64,000 bases of DNA from Candidatus Heimdallarchaeota archaeon. GTDB taxonomy: Archaea > Asgardarchaeota > Heimdallarchaeia > JABLTI01. Under the pieces are notes generated by a model, which made no database searches, was not told the DNA's origin, and was given only the letters and a program-made list of their open reading frames with translations. The DNA lies in NCBI GenBank assembly GCA_019056785.1, contig DXJV01000059.1, positions 1 to 64,000 of the forward strand. Reading direction: 5' to 3'. A program made the position numbers and the translations under genes. Shown here piece by piece: positions 18,557 through 27,578 of the stretch. Position 1 is the first letter of the stretch, and each line of letters opens with the position of its first letter.

Positions 18557-20449
18557 ATGAATGAACTAGGAAGTATAAGAAAAAAAGATTCTAAAAAAAT
18601 AAAAACTTTAATTGATGCCTTTCTTACTGAAATCAAGAAGGTGAAAAAACTTCCATATATTACTCCCTTCGAAAAAATCCGATTAAGCATTATCAATGAA
18701 AATGACGAATTAGTTTACAATTCAGAGAATTCCTTACAAGTTATTGGTTATTCAACTTCAGATTTTGGCCTTTTAACAACTTTCGGGTACATTCATCCGG
18801 ATGAACGCGAAAAAGTAATTTCAAATTATCATTCATTTGACAATGGCTCAAGCAAACCAATTATTTACCGCATTTTTACACCACAAGGTGAATTAAAATG
18901 GATACGTGGTGTGGCAGTAAGAATAATTGACCCTGATACAACAACTAATATTGCAACAGCGATTTTTGAATTAGACATATCTACAGAAATTTCCTTTTAT
19001 GAAGACGTCATTAAATCAAAAGAAAAACCATTATTCGAATCAATTCTCAATTTAATATCTACGCCATTTGTTTATATGAGAAATACAGTTATTGTGTGGG
19101 TTAATCATGCATGGGAAAGAATTTTTGGTTATACATTAAAGGAAGTCAAAAACCAATCTTTGGAGATCATTTTCCCTGAGAAAAAAGACTTTGCAAATTT
19201 TCTTTTAGCGTTAAATAAAGAGCAAATAAGGGATAGGCATTTATACCTCCCTGTAAAGCTTGAAGATAAAAACGGGGTAAAACATTCCAGAACACTTTCA
19301 ATTATAACCCAAAATAAGGATGACTTCTCAGAAGGCCTTTTGATCTTTTTTCTCGATGTTGCCAAATTATCTTCAGACTTGAAGATTGAAAACGAGGACC
19401 TGCACTTTTTCCGAAGTATTTTCGATAATTACGATGGTATTATTATTCAAATTGCGAAAAATCGAATTAAATATGTCAATAAAACAATTGAACGAATGTT
19501 GTTCTATACTGAACAAGAGGTTTTAGGGCATGAGCTTGCAATTTTTTTCAATACAAAAGATGCCTACAAGAAATTCCTTGGAAAGTTGCGTACAGAGTTT
19601 GCAAGAAACAAAAATTTCAATGATGAAGTAGTCTTATATCGAAAAGATCGGAAACCGGTGCTTTTCACTGCCCGAGTTTCTCCGGTAAGTTTTGACAAAA
19701 CGGAAGACTTTGTTGTTGCTTTAAACCCCATTTCTGCCTTAAAGGAATTGGTTAATCAACTTCGATTTGAAAAAAGCGAACTGGAGAGCTATAATGATTT
19801 ACTATTTCACAATATAAAGAACCTATGCCAAGATGCACTTTCGCAACTCGAGATAAGTATACTACAATTAAATGACAAACCCGAGGTCGCTAAAGAGCGG
19901 CTGGAGAAAAGCAAAGAAGCAATCTATCAGATTGCTAAGATAACGACCAATCTCGAGAATTATCTCCAGATTGCCCGAAAAAGCAATGACTTTTATGAAT
20001 ACGATCTTTACAAAGTTTTTGCTCAAAGTGAGGAAAAAATAAACAAAGAATATCACCCACGTGCCATAAAGATTGTCCATGGTCTGAAACCAAACAAATT
20101 TTTGGCACGAGGAAACGAGCTTATTTATGAGCTCTTCTTCAATATTTTTGAAAAAACCCTGGCATATAATAATAAGCCCTTAATAACTGTGGAAATTACT
20201 GTTAATGATTCTGCCAATCTTGATGATTCTTGGGAGGTGCGTATTAAAATCCCTGACCCGCGATTAAACAAAGAGCTACAATCATTCTTCGAGTTTGAAC
20301 CGGAGTTTGATCACGAACTAAAAGGCTCTGACTTTACCCTTAACATTATTACATCCATAGTTAATAGTTTCCAAGGAAAAATTTCATTTGAACATCAAGA
20401 AGATAACGAGTACGGACAATTGATCATTAGTATGCCGAAACAGCTATAA
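18557..20449 (+). CDS. Multi-PAS protein with a degenerate histidine-kinase core
   Basis: Three PAS-like segments (IHPDERE..GELKWI; VNHAWERIFGY; VNKTIERMLFYTEQEVLG). H-box-like LLFHNIKN and an eroded HATPase domain. Confidence 0.75.
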   Translation: MNELGSIRKKDSKKIKTLIDAFLTEIKKVKKLPYITPFEKIRLSIINENDELVYNSENSLQVIGYSTSDFGLLTTFGYIHPDEREKVISNYHSFDNGSSKPIIYRIFTPQGELKWIRGVAVRIIDPDTTTNIATAIFELDISTEISFYEDVIKSKEKPLFESILNLISTPFVYMRNTVIVWVNHAWERIFGYTLKEVKNQSLEIIFPEKKDFANFLLALNKEQIRDRHLYLPVKLEDKNGVKHSRTLSIITQNKDDFSEGLLIFFLDVAKLSSDLKIENEDLHFFRSIFDNYDGIIIQIAKNRIKYVNKTIERMLFYTEQEVLGHELAIFFNTKDAYKKFLGKLRTEFARNKNFNDEVVLYRKDRKPVLFTARVSPVSFDKTEDFVVALNPISALKELVNQLRFEKSELESYNDLLFHNIKNLCQDALSQLEISILQLNDKPEVAKERLEKSKEAIYQIAKITTNLENYLQIARKSNDFYEYDLYKVFAQSEEKINKEYHPRAIKIVHGLKPNKFLARGNELIYELFFNIFEKTLAYNNKPLITVEITVNDSANLDDSWEVRIKIPDPRLNKELQSFFEFEPEFDHELKGSDFTLNIITSIVNSFQGKISFEHQEDNEYGQLIISMPKQL

Positions 20450-20461
20450 ATTCATGTTTCA

Positions 20462-21175
20462 TTACAATTGCATTTTCTTAAGGAGCTGGGGCAATTGACT
20501 GATGTGGTCAATAAGGAAGTCTGGTTGAAATTGCTTCAATAATTGTTTCTTTTCTTTTTTCGCAGCATTAAAATTGACAACTGCACAGGTTAATGTTCCT
20601 GCTCGTTTTCCTGCTTCGATATCATGGGGTAAATCGCCAACATAAAGCGTTTCTCGAGGTTGTAAATTGAGTGTCTTTATGGCTAAATTCAATCCAAAGG
20701 GGTTAGGTTTAGTGTATTTTAGGTCATTCCTTGCAACAATCAGGTCAATGTCTTTCAAATGAGAAAATTCTTGCTGCGCTCGTTTGATTACTGCTTTTTC
20801 AGCATGAGTGACAATTGCTGTTTGGTAATTCTTCGTGATAAACGCTAAAACTTTATCAGCATGTTCTTCCGGGAAAATTCTGTTGTGGTTCTTCTTGAAG
20901 AGGATTAAAAAGTTCACAGTGAATGGTAGTATGTGTCGTTTTTTAAGATTTAATAGCACACTAATTTTGAAAATGATCTTCGGAACATAGAAAAGCCCTT
21001 TCTTTTCTGATCTTAAATACAGTTGAATAACTCTTTCAAGTACTGTCAAAATTTCTCTTTTTGTTATTGATGGTTGAACTTTCTTTAAGGCATGATAAAA
21101 AGGCCAACCAATTCGAGCAATAAGCGATGATAGCACTCCATCAAAATCCAGAAATATGCCTTTTATTCTGGTCAT
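20462..21175 (-). CDS. HAD-superfamily hydrolase (phosphoglycolate phosphatase-like)
   Basis: FLDFDGVL, VT, TKPNP, YVGDLPHDIEAGKRAG. Confidence 0.9.
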   Translation of the reverse strand: MTRIKGIFLDFDGVLSSLIARIGWPFYHALKKVQPSITKREILTVLERVIQLYLRSEKKGLFYVPKIIFKISVLLNLKKRHILPFTVNFLILFKKNHNRIFPEEHADKVLAFITKNYQTAIVTHAEKAVIKRAQQEFSHLKDIDLIVARNDLKYTKPNPFGLNLAIKTLNLQPRETLYVGDLPHDIEAGKRAGTLTCAVVNFNAAKKEKKQLLKQFQPDFLIDHISQLPQLLKKMQL

Positions 21176-21348
21176 TCTTACCTCCCAATTGTAGTAGTAA
21201 TTCTCATTTCATTGCTTAGCATTTTTTATTTAAAAAAAGCTAAATCCTTTACGAATCAAATGGAAGTATTAAAAAAACATTTCAACCATAATTCTTTATC
21301 ATTGAGAGTAATCTTTTCCATAGATCAACAAAAAGTGAGAAATTCACC

Positions 21349-23202
21349 ATGCAGGAAGAGGATCAAAAACAATCAAAAGAGCTACCCGAATCAGAAGGAG
21401 AAATAAAACCCGAATCAACATCTGCCTTCCAAATTTGCTCCCATTGTGGAGAAAAATCCCCTGAGGGGACAATTTTCTGTGGGCACTGTGGTAAACCCTT
21501 TAAGGAAAAAATTCCTTGCCCTGGGTGTGGAAAGGAAATTCCAGTGTATTATTCATTTTGCACTTTTTGTGGAGCGGTTGTAAAACCAAGTTTTAGCCCC
21601 CGTCAACAAGAAACTTCTACTGCAATTGTTCAAACTGCATATAAACCCCCTCATCCAACAAGCATTACTTCTTATCAACAAATTCCTCAACAGCTGAGAA
21701 TAGAGGAATTTGAAAGACAGCAGCAACAAATAAAAATTGCGAGTCGTCGAACAAGTGCAAGAATCGTGGGAATAATTGCTTTGGTCTTTGCTGCTTTTAA
21801 TCTCTTATCAATTATTCTCGCCATTCCATTATTGTATTCAGATAGCTATTTTCAAGACATTTTAAATGATGCCGGGCTCTCCATGTCAGTTGCAATCGCG
21901 AGTATTTTAGCTGTAATGTTACCAATAATAATAATACTTGTCGTTATGGGTATCAGTTTAATAAAACCGAAAGAATATAATAGACCTTGGAAGAGCCTTT
22001 ATCAGAATTTTCGTTATCTCTTCCTTTCTTTCTCAGTATTTCTTGCTGCTTTAATTTTCCTAATAGTAATAAGTTGGTCTTTTTATTTTCCCAAGTCCCT
22101 CTACACAGATCCTGAGCTTTTTTGGCTCTTCAAAGTTTTTTTGGTCCCTCTTAATGCGAATATCTCCGTTCTTTATCTTATCGATCTTTTTGGTTTTATT
22201 ATAGCAACGATATTATTAATTCTACCAACAGTCATTGTTGTTATTAAGAAAAAAATCAAACATCAACAAGACGAACAAAGTAAAAAAGAAGAACAAGAAG
22301 AAGAGTTAGGAACTGGCAAATTAGCAAAACAATTCCCCGGCAACATTCCAGGAACAACACAGCAAACACAAATTCGGTTGGTATACAAGTCACGAAAGGA
22401 ACAGCTACAAGCTGCAAAAGCAAGAAAGGGGCCAATGCCAATCATTTTTGAGCGGATCAAAAATGTCCCTTTAATTCAAACAATTGAATTGCTAGGTGCA
22501 ATGAGTTTGGTATCAATAATTTTGGTACAGATTCTTGCACCCAAAGCAGATGAATCAATCGGTTTGCCCGAAGATCCTTTTAAAATTACCTTTCAAGTAG
22601 GCTGGGCAGGGATTTTTGAAGAGCTTAGTTTCAGATTAATCCTTATTGGCGGACCAATGATAATTGTGATTATTTCCCGTTATTTCCTACAAAAACATCT
22701 CAGTCAAAAAATGCTTGTGAAAAATCCTGAAACAACAATCCCCATTACACAAGAAAGCCTTCTCATAAAGAGTTTCAAAAACCAACCCAAATTAGGGCTA
22801 AAAGACATCCTTTTGGCTTTTCGCGGGAAGTATAAGATTGTTGGCCTACCCGAATGGATTTTAATCTTCTTCTCTTCCCTTATTTTTGGTTTTGCTCATT
22901 GGGAAGCTTGGACTGGGAGTTGGGGTGCTTGGAAGATTGTACAAGCATCAGTCTCGGGTTTCTTTCTAAGTTATGCCTTTGTTAAATACGGTATTGAGTC
23001 ATCTATTTTCATTCATTTTTGCAGCAATACGATTAGTGCTTTAATTTATTATGCACCAAAAGGAGGGGCAGAATGGCTTGGAGTGTTTGCAGCCGGCTAT
23101 TCTTTTCTAATACTTCTTGTCGGACTAATGAAAGGCGTTAGCTTTATTATCAATCAAGTTTATGTGCATCATATCGTTTATCAGCCACCACAAAAATATT
23201 GA
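21349..23202 (+). CDS. Double zinc ribbon plus multi-TM CPBP (Abi/Rce1-like CAAX) intramembrane metalloprotease
   Basis: Four CxxC pairs at the N-terminus. GIFEELSFR, FGFAH and HFCSN are CPBP motifs. Confidence 0.85.
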   Translation: MQEEDQKQSKELPESEGEIKPESTSAFQICSHCGEKSPEGTIFCGHCGKPFKEKIPCPGCGKEIPVYYSFCTFCGAVVKPSFSPRQQETSTAIVQTAYKPPHPTSITSYQQIPQQLRIEEFERQQQQIKIASRRTSARIVGIIALVFAAFNLLSIILAIPLLYSDSYFQDILNDAGLSMSVAIASILAVMLPIIIILVVMGISLIKPKEYNRPWKSLYQNFRYLFLSFSVFLAALIFLIVISWSFYFPKSLYTDPELFWLFKVFLVPLNANISVLYLIDLFGFIIATILLILPTVIVVIKKKIKHQQDEQSKKEEQEEELGTGKLAKQFPGNIPGTTQQTQIRLVYKSRKEQLQAAKARKGPMPIIFERIKNVPLIQTIELLGAMSLVSIILVQILAPKADESIGLPEDPFKITFQVGWAGIFEELSFRLILIGGPMIIVIISRYFLQKHLSQKMLVKNPETTIPITQESLLIKSFKNQPKLGLKDILLAFRGKYKIVGLPEWILIFFSSLIFGFAHWEAWTGSWGAWKIVQASVSGFFLSYAFVKYGIESSIFIHFCSNTISALIYYAPKGGAEWLGVFAAGYSFLILLVGLMKGVSFIINQVYVHHIVYQPPQKY

Positions 23203-23239
23203 GAAAAGGGTAACAACAATACATCAGGAATTCCTCTCT

Positions 23240-23740
23240 ATGACGCAATTTGAACAGAAGTTCATACATATCATTGGTATTGGCAACCTCACCAGGCAAG
23301 ATGATGGGGTAGCAATTCGAGTACTTCAGCAATTAGCAGAAGAAAAGGAACAATATCCGGGCATAAAAATAACCGATTTAGGAATAGGAGGGGTGGATAT
23401 TGCTTTTATGCTCGATGGCTGGCAATTCGGAATCATAATTGATGCCATACACAATGAAAGCCTTATACCAGGAGAAATAATCGAATTTACATTAGAAGAA
23501 GAACAATTGCCGGAAATAAAGGGTTTTAGCTCAACTCATGGGTTTGATGTTCTTTCCGCCTTGAAACTTGCATATGTTTTACGAGAGTTCCAGTTACCAG
23601 AGAAAATCTTTGTCATTGGCATTCAAGTTGAAACATTCTCCGGCTTCGGCTTAGAATTGTCACCAAGAGTGGCAAAAAGTGTTCCAAAAGTAATTGAAAA
23701 AGTGAAGAAAATAATTTTTGATTTGACTCAACAGTCCTAA
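23240..23740 (+). CDS. Hydrogenase maturation protease (HycI/HyaD family); start moved to ATG 23240 to avoid overlap
   Basis: IIGIGNLTRQDDGVA, IIIDAI, STHG, LELSPRV. Confidence 0.88.
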   Translation: MTQFEQKFIHIIGIGNLTRQDDGVAIRVLQQLAEEKEQYPGIKITDLGIGGVDIAFMLDGWQFGIIIDAIHNESLIPGEIIEFTLEEEQLPEIKGFSSTHGFDVLSALKLAYVLREFQLPEKIFVIGIQVETFSGFGLELSPRVAKSVPKVIEKVKKIIFDLTQQS

Positions 23741-23762
23741 CTGAGTTAAACGGTTATTGATT

Positions 23763-24287
23763 TTAATCGTCAGAAATTTTCCCAAGAGCAATTCGTGCAA
23801 TTTCATTGAAAACAAGATCAACGCCTAAGCCATTTGCAGAAGAAGTTTCAATATATCTTATGGCATCGTATTTCTTAATGGCCTCTTTTATGATTTCCTC
23901 TGTTATCAATGGGTCTCGCGGAAGATCACTTTTTCCTCCGACGATAATTATTTTGGTGTCAGCTTCCTTATCAATGAAATTATGCCAGGTTTCTAATCCT
24001 TTTATTGAAAGCGCCCGAGTTAAATCGAACATTAAAACAGCTACTACCGCGCCTTTTAAATAATTGTCAAAAATCCCCATCGATTTGAATTGTTCTTGTC
24101 CACCTAAATCCCAAACACTTAGGGAAATATCTTCTCCTTGATAACTCATCTGATGAATATAGAATCCCACGCCGATAGTTATTTTTGTTGTGTCGATGAA
24201 TTCCCCTGTCAGATACCGCTGGATTAACGTTGTTTTACCAACACCTCCATCGCCACCAAATACCACTTTTGCAATGATTTTTGACAA
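23763..24287 (-). CDS. Rab-like small GTPase
   Basis: GDGGVGKT, ITIGV, WDLGGQEQF, GGKSD, ETSSA. No C-terminal Cys motif. Confidence 0.9.
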   Translation of the reverse strand: MSKIIAKVVFGGDGGVGKTTLIQRYLTGEFIDTTKITIGVGFYIHQMSYQGEDISLSVWDLGGQEQFKSMGIFDNYLKGAVVAVLMFDLTRALSIKGLETWHNFIDKEADTKIIIVGGKSDLPRDPLITEEIIKEAIKKYDAIRYIETSSANGLGVDLVFNEIARIALGKISDD

Positions 24288-24427
24288 ATAACTATTCTCC
24301 TAGAACCGTTGATCGTGATTGTAATTAATATAAAAAATAATGCTTTCTCCTTAATTATAAAGCTATTTGTTTTTGCATCAAGAGAGAAAAAAAGTGCTAT
24401 ATAAGCACAGGACCACTTTAACAAGTA

Positions 24428-25240
24428 TTAGTGAATTTTCTCAATTGTGACATTTAATCTATCGAGAATTTTAGACATTTCGCTAATTTCTGTCACCGAG
24501 ACGACTTTCAATTTGTTTTTAAACACACTCGAGTTCAATTTGGAAGCGCTTTTATAGATTTGTCGTCGCCGCCAAATAGAGGGGTCAGGATGATAGAAAA
24601 GTATCGATAAGGTGTTTTTATTTTTATCAGCAACAAGGAACACATCGCTTGCTGGTATCTTTTTCCCAATCAATTCTTTTGGTGAGCCATCATCTAAAAT
24701 GGTGAAAATCCTTGGTAATTTGCCTGAGAAAAGCAAGCCCATTTTGTAGGATAGATCTTTCAAGTTTGCTTGAGTCAAATCACTCTCTTTTGTAATATCT
24801 CGAACAATTACTGAGAAATAAGGTTTAATTAGCCCGTAAGCATCCAGAATTTCTCGTGTATAATCCTCTTTAAAGAGGAGAAACATAATGCATTTCCTGC
24901 CAAATTCCCTAATGCGATGGTCGGCTGACTCTTCAGATTCAACATCAAATGTAATTGCTAGCGCTCGGTAGCTGGGTGCATCTGGTACTGGCAAAGGACC
25001 AAACGACCGTTTATCATCCATTGTGTCAAAGATTTGTGTTTTCTTCTCCTTTAGGGTCTTCCCGGAAGAACCTTCATCCAATCCAACTATGGTCATCCCT
25101 TCAACTGCTAAAGTCAAAGTTTGTTCTTCAGTCAAGTCTGTATCGTTGTAAATAACTGTTGGTCCGCTATCTTCGAACGTTACAAAGACAATTCCTAGCA
25201 AATAATCCTTCATTGATTCTGATTCAGCCATGTTCATCAA
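24428..25240 (-). CDS. Putative uDENN/longin-like N-terminal domain fused to a gelsolin-like C-terminal domain
   Basis: N-terminal IVFVTFEDSGPTVIY...FGPLPVP...ALAITF...DHR resembles uDENN/NPRL2-type longins. C-terminal DVFLVADKNKNTLSILF...SIWRRRQIYKSASKL resembles single Asgard gelsolin domains. Pattern recognition only. Confidence 0.5.
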   Translation of the reverse strand: MMNMAESESMKDYLLGIVFVTFEDSGPTVIYNDTDLTEEQTLTLAVEGMTIVGLDEGSSGKTLKEKKTQIFDTMDDKRSFGPLPVPDAPSYRALAITFDVESEESADHRIREFGRKCIMFLLFKEDYTREILDAYGLIKPYFSVIVRDITKESDLTQANLKDLSYKMGLLFSGKLPRIFTILDDGSPKELIGKKIPASDVFLVADKNKNTLSILFYHPDPSIWRRRQIYKSASKLNSSVFKNKLKVVSVTEISEMSKILDRLNVTIEKIH

Positions 25241-25350
25241 CCTTTTTTTCTAACAATTTTTCTCCTTCAATTCTTTTAATTGTATTCACTTATTGTTTTA
25301 CAATTATAAATCTGTTTTTCTTCAGTCATATAACTGCATTTACTTTGCTT

Positions 25351-26313
25351 TTAACTTATCACTTCTTCGTCTTTTTTACTCTCTTCAATGAGATTTTCAA
25401 TTGCTATGCGACCATTTTCGCCTTCTGTTAAGAAGATATCAAGAATCATTTCAGCAATTTGTTTTGCTTTACCCAAAGCATCACCACGTTCTACAAAAAG
25501 ACAACAAATTTTCTCTTTGCGAGTGACTAGGACCATTGAATAGTCACCAACAGTAACAACATCGAGAAAACTTGATTCTTTGAAAAGGGTTCTCGTCATG
25601 CTATTTAATGCAGAGAGAAGGCCGGTAATAAGAACGGCATCTTCGCTTTTATTAATAATGTTTGAGAATTGTGCATCGAAATCAAGCAAACCATTTACAT
25701 CATAAATTAATACTCGATGAACAGTTACACTCTCATGATATGCTTCGTAATCCATTAGCTTTGAAACGAACCAGTCAAATGCTCGATAAACACCATCACC
25801 GGTCAAAATGGTGCAAATCTCAAAGTGGAAGCTTCGAGGATCGTTTGGCGAGGAAATTTTCCCAAGGTCAAAGAAGGACAATGCCTTATTCAAATTAATC
25901 TTTCGCTCGGGATTGCGTTTGTTTATCAATGTTAATAAAGGAATGTTGGAAGGAATTTTATCAATGATTTTATGGAAATTCTCAGTAGAGTTCCGCAAAG
26001 ACTCGTCAGTCTCACCATTGATAACATAAACCACTCCATCTGCAATATTAAGAAAATACTCGATTATACGCTCGTCATTCAAGATTTCTTTACCCAAATC
26101 AATGAGTTTAAACCATTCAGTACCATAGGAAATGTCAATCCAATTGAATGCCGTTTCAGGAAAGACTTTGTCTCTGTTTGATGATAAGAGATAGTAAAGT
26201 AAAGTGGTTTTTCCGGAACCTTTTTCTCCCAAGAGAAGAACCCAAGGAATGGAATGCTTTGCATTCTGAAGAAAAGCAGTAAATGCTTCAACGGACTTTT
26301 TCAGATTTTTCAT
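25351..26313 (-). CDS. Degenerate Arf-like small GTPase fused to a C-terminal longin domain
   Basis: GEKGSGKT intact, G3 DLGKE, G4 NKRN. C-terminal VLIYDVNG...LITGLLSALNSM...VTVGDYSMVLV longin pattern. Confidence 0.75.
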   Translation of the reverse strand: MKNLKKSVEAFTAFLQNAKHSIPWVLLLGEKGSGKTTLLYYLLSSNRDKVFPETAFNWIDISYGTEWFKLIDLGKEILNDERIIEYFLNIADGVVYVINGETDESLRNSTENFHKIIDKIPSNIPLLTLINKRNPERKINLNKALSFFDLGKISSPNDPRSFHFEICTILTGDGVYRAFDWFVSKLMDYEAYHESVTVHRVLIYDVNGLLDFDAQFSNIINKSEDAVLITGLLSALNSMTRTLFKESSFLDVVTVGDYSMVLVTRKEKICCLFVERGDALGKAKQIAEMILDIFLTEGENGRIAIENLIEESKKDEEVIS

Positions 26314-26432
26314 AAGAGTCTCCCTTTCATCTTTGTAAATTATATTTACTTCAAAGTTTTTTAAATGTTCTTTTTGATAGTTTTGAAGGAAAAATCTCTT
26401 CTTTCGGTTTAGGAGAGGTTTTTAACCTTGTT

Positions 26433-27395
26433 TTAAGAGATAGCATCTAATGGGAAATAATTGGAAATAACTTTTTCGAGTGAAATTTGGTGCCCCTTTA
26501 AGTAATCCATCTCAATTGATTCGAAAATCCTGCTTGATATTGTTAAAACTCTACTAACAGGATCATTAACATCAATTAGAATCCCCATAACAAATAATTT
26601 GTTTTTAGTGATTACCAGTTGAAAGTCATTCATGATTTCCAGAACGGTCACTGCTTCATTATAGTCTCGCATTTGTTTAGCAAACCGTTCGGTTTCTTTT
26701 ATTGATTCCCTGTAAGCATTTGCTATCTTTGCCTGTTGGGTTGGGTTGCCAAAAATGGCATGATCTAACTCTTTAGCATTTGCATCAAAAATTGCTGCGG
26801 CATATATTTTAACATGCCAGGTTGGGATACTGCTATCTTTTGAAACGACATCAACAAGCCAATCCCAGGCTGTAAACAATCCTTCACCGGTTAAGGCTGA
26901 GCATCGAAACAGGTTGAATGGTCGTTCACCTCGGGTCATCTTATGAAGCTCCAGTGCTTCCATGACCTCTAAAGTTGATGCAGCTTCCTCTTTGTCTGAT
27001 TTATTAGCCAGGAACAAGATGGGTGCATTTGGGTCAGTGTTAGCCAAGGATTCATAAAAGACTTCTTTTGCAAGGTGGAATCGTTTTTGGTCTGCAGCAT
27101 CCACAACAAAGACTATTACAGATGCTTTTGTGACGAATTTCTTCCACAAAGTCTTACGTATTGGTGCATGCCCACCAAGGTCCCAAACAACGAATTCGAG
27201 TGTTCGGTAGCGATAAACCTCAATATTAACCCCAAAAGTTGGTTTAGAGAGTGTGTACTCTGATCGGAGAATGCGTTTCATAATGGTCGTTTTGCCAGCG
27301 GCATCTAAACCAATGATTGCTACATGTTGCTTAGCTTGCTCGCCCTCTTGGGCTTTTTTTCTGTCAGCACTTATTAATCTTCTAAGGAAACTCAA
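26433..27395 (-). CDS. Arf-like small GTPase with an N-terminal amphipathic segment and a C-terminal longin/roadblock-like domain
   Basis: GLDAAGKT (Arf signature), PTFGVN, WDLGGH, ANKSD, CSALTGEGL. A 125-aa alpha/beta extension follows. Confidence 0.85.
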   Translation of the reverse strand: MSFLRRLISADRKKAQEGEQAKQHVAIIGLDAAGKTTIMKRILRSEYTLSKPTFGVNIEVYRYRTLEFVVWDLGGHAPIRKTLWKKFVTKASVIVFVVDAADQKRFHLAKEVFYESLANTDPNAPILFLANKSDKEEAASTLEVMEALELHKMTRGERPFNLFRCSALTGEGLFTAWDWLVDVVSKDSSIPTWHVKIYAAAIFDANAKELDHAIFGNPTQQAKIANAYRESIKETERFAKQMRDYNEAVTVLEIMNDFQLVITKNKLFVMGILIDVNDPVSRVLTISSRIFESIEMDYLKGHQISLEKVISNYFPLDAIS

Positions 27396-27578
27396 TCTAA
27401 TTTATCTCCAGTAACTACGATCCAGATTTGTTATTAGCGTATAGCTTCTAAGTCTTATATTATATACCCATATTAGTAATTTTTCCCTTTTTAAATATGT
27501 TATTGTTGTACGATTTAAAGGCTTAGTCAAATAATTAAACTTAGTTACTCTTTATAAATTTTAATCATTAAACAAACG

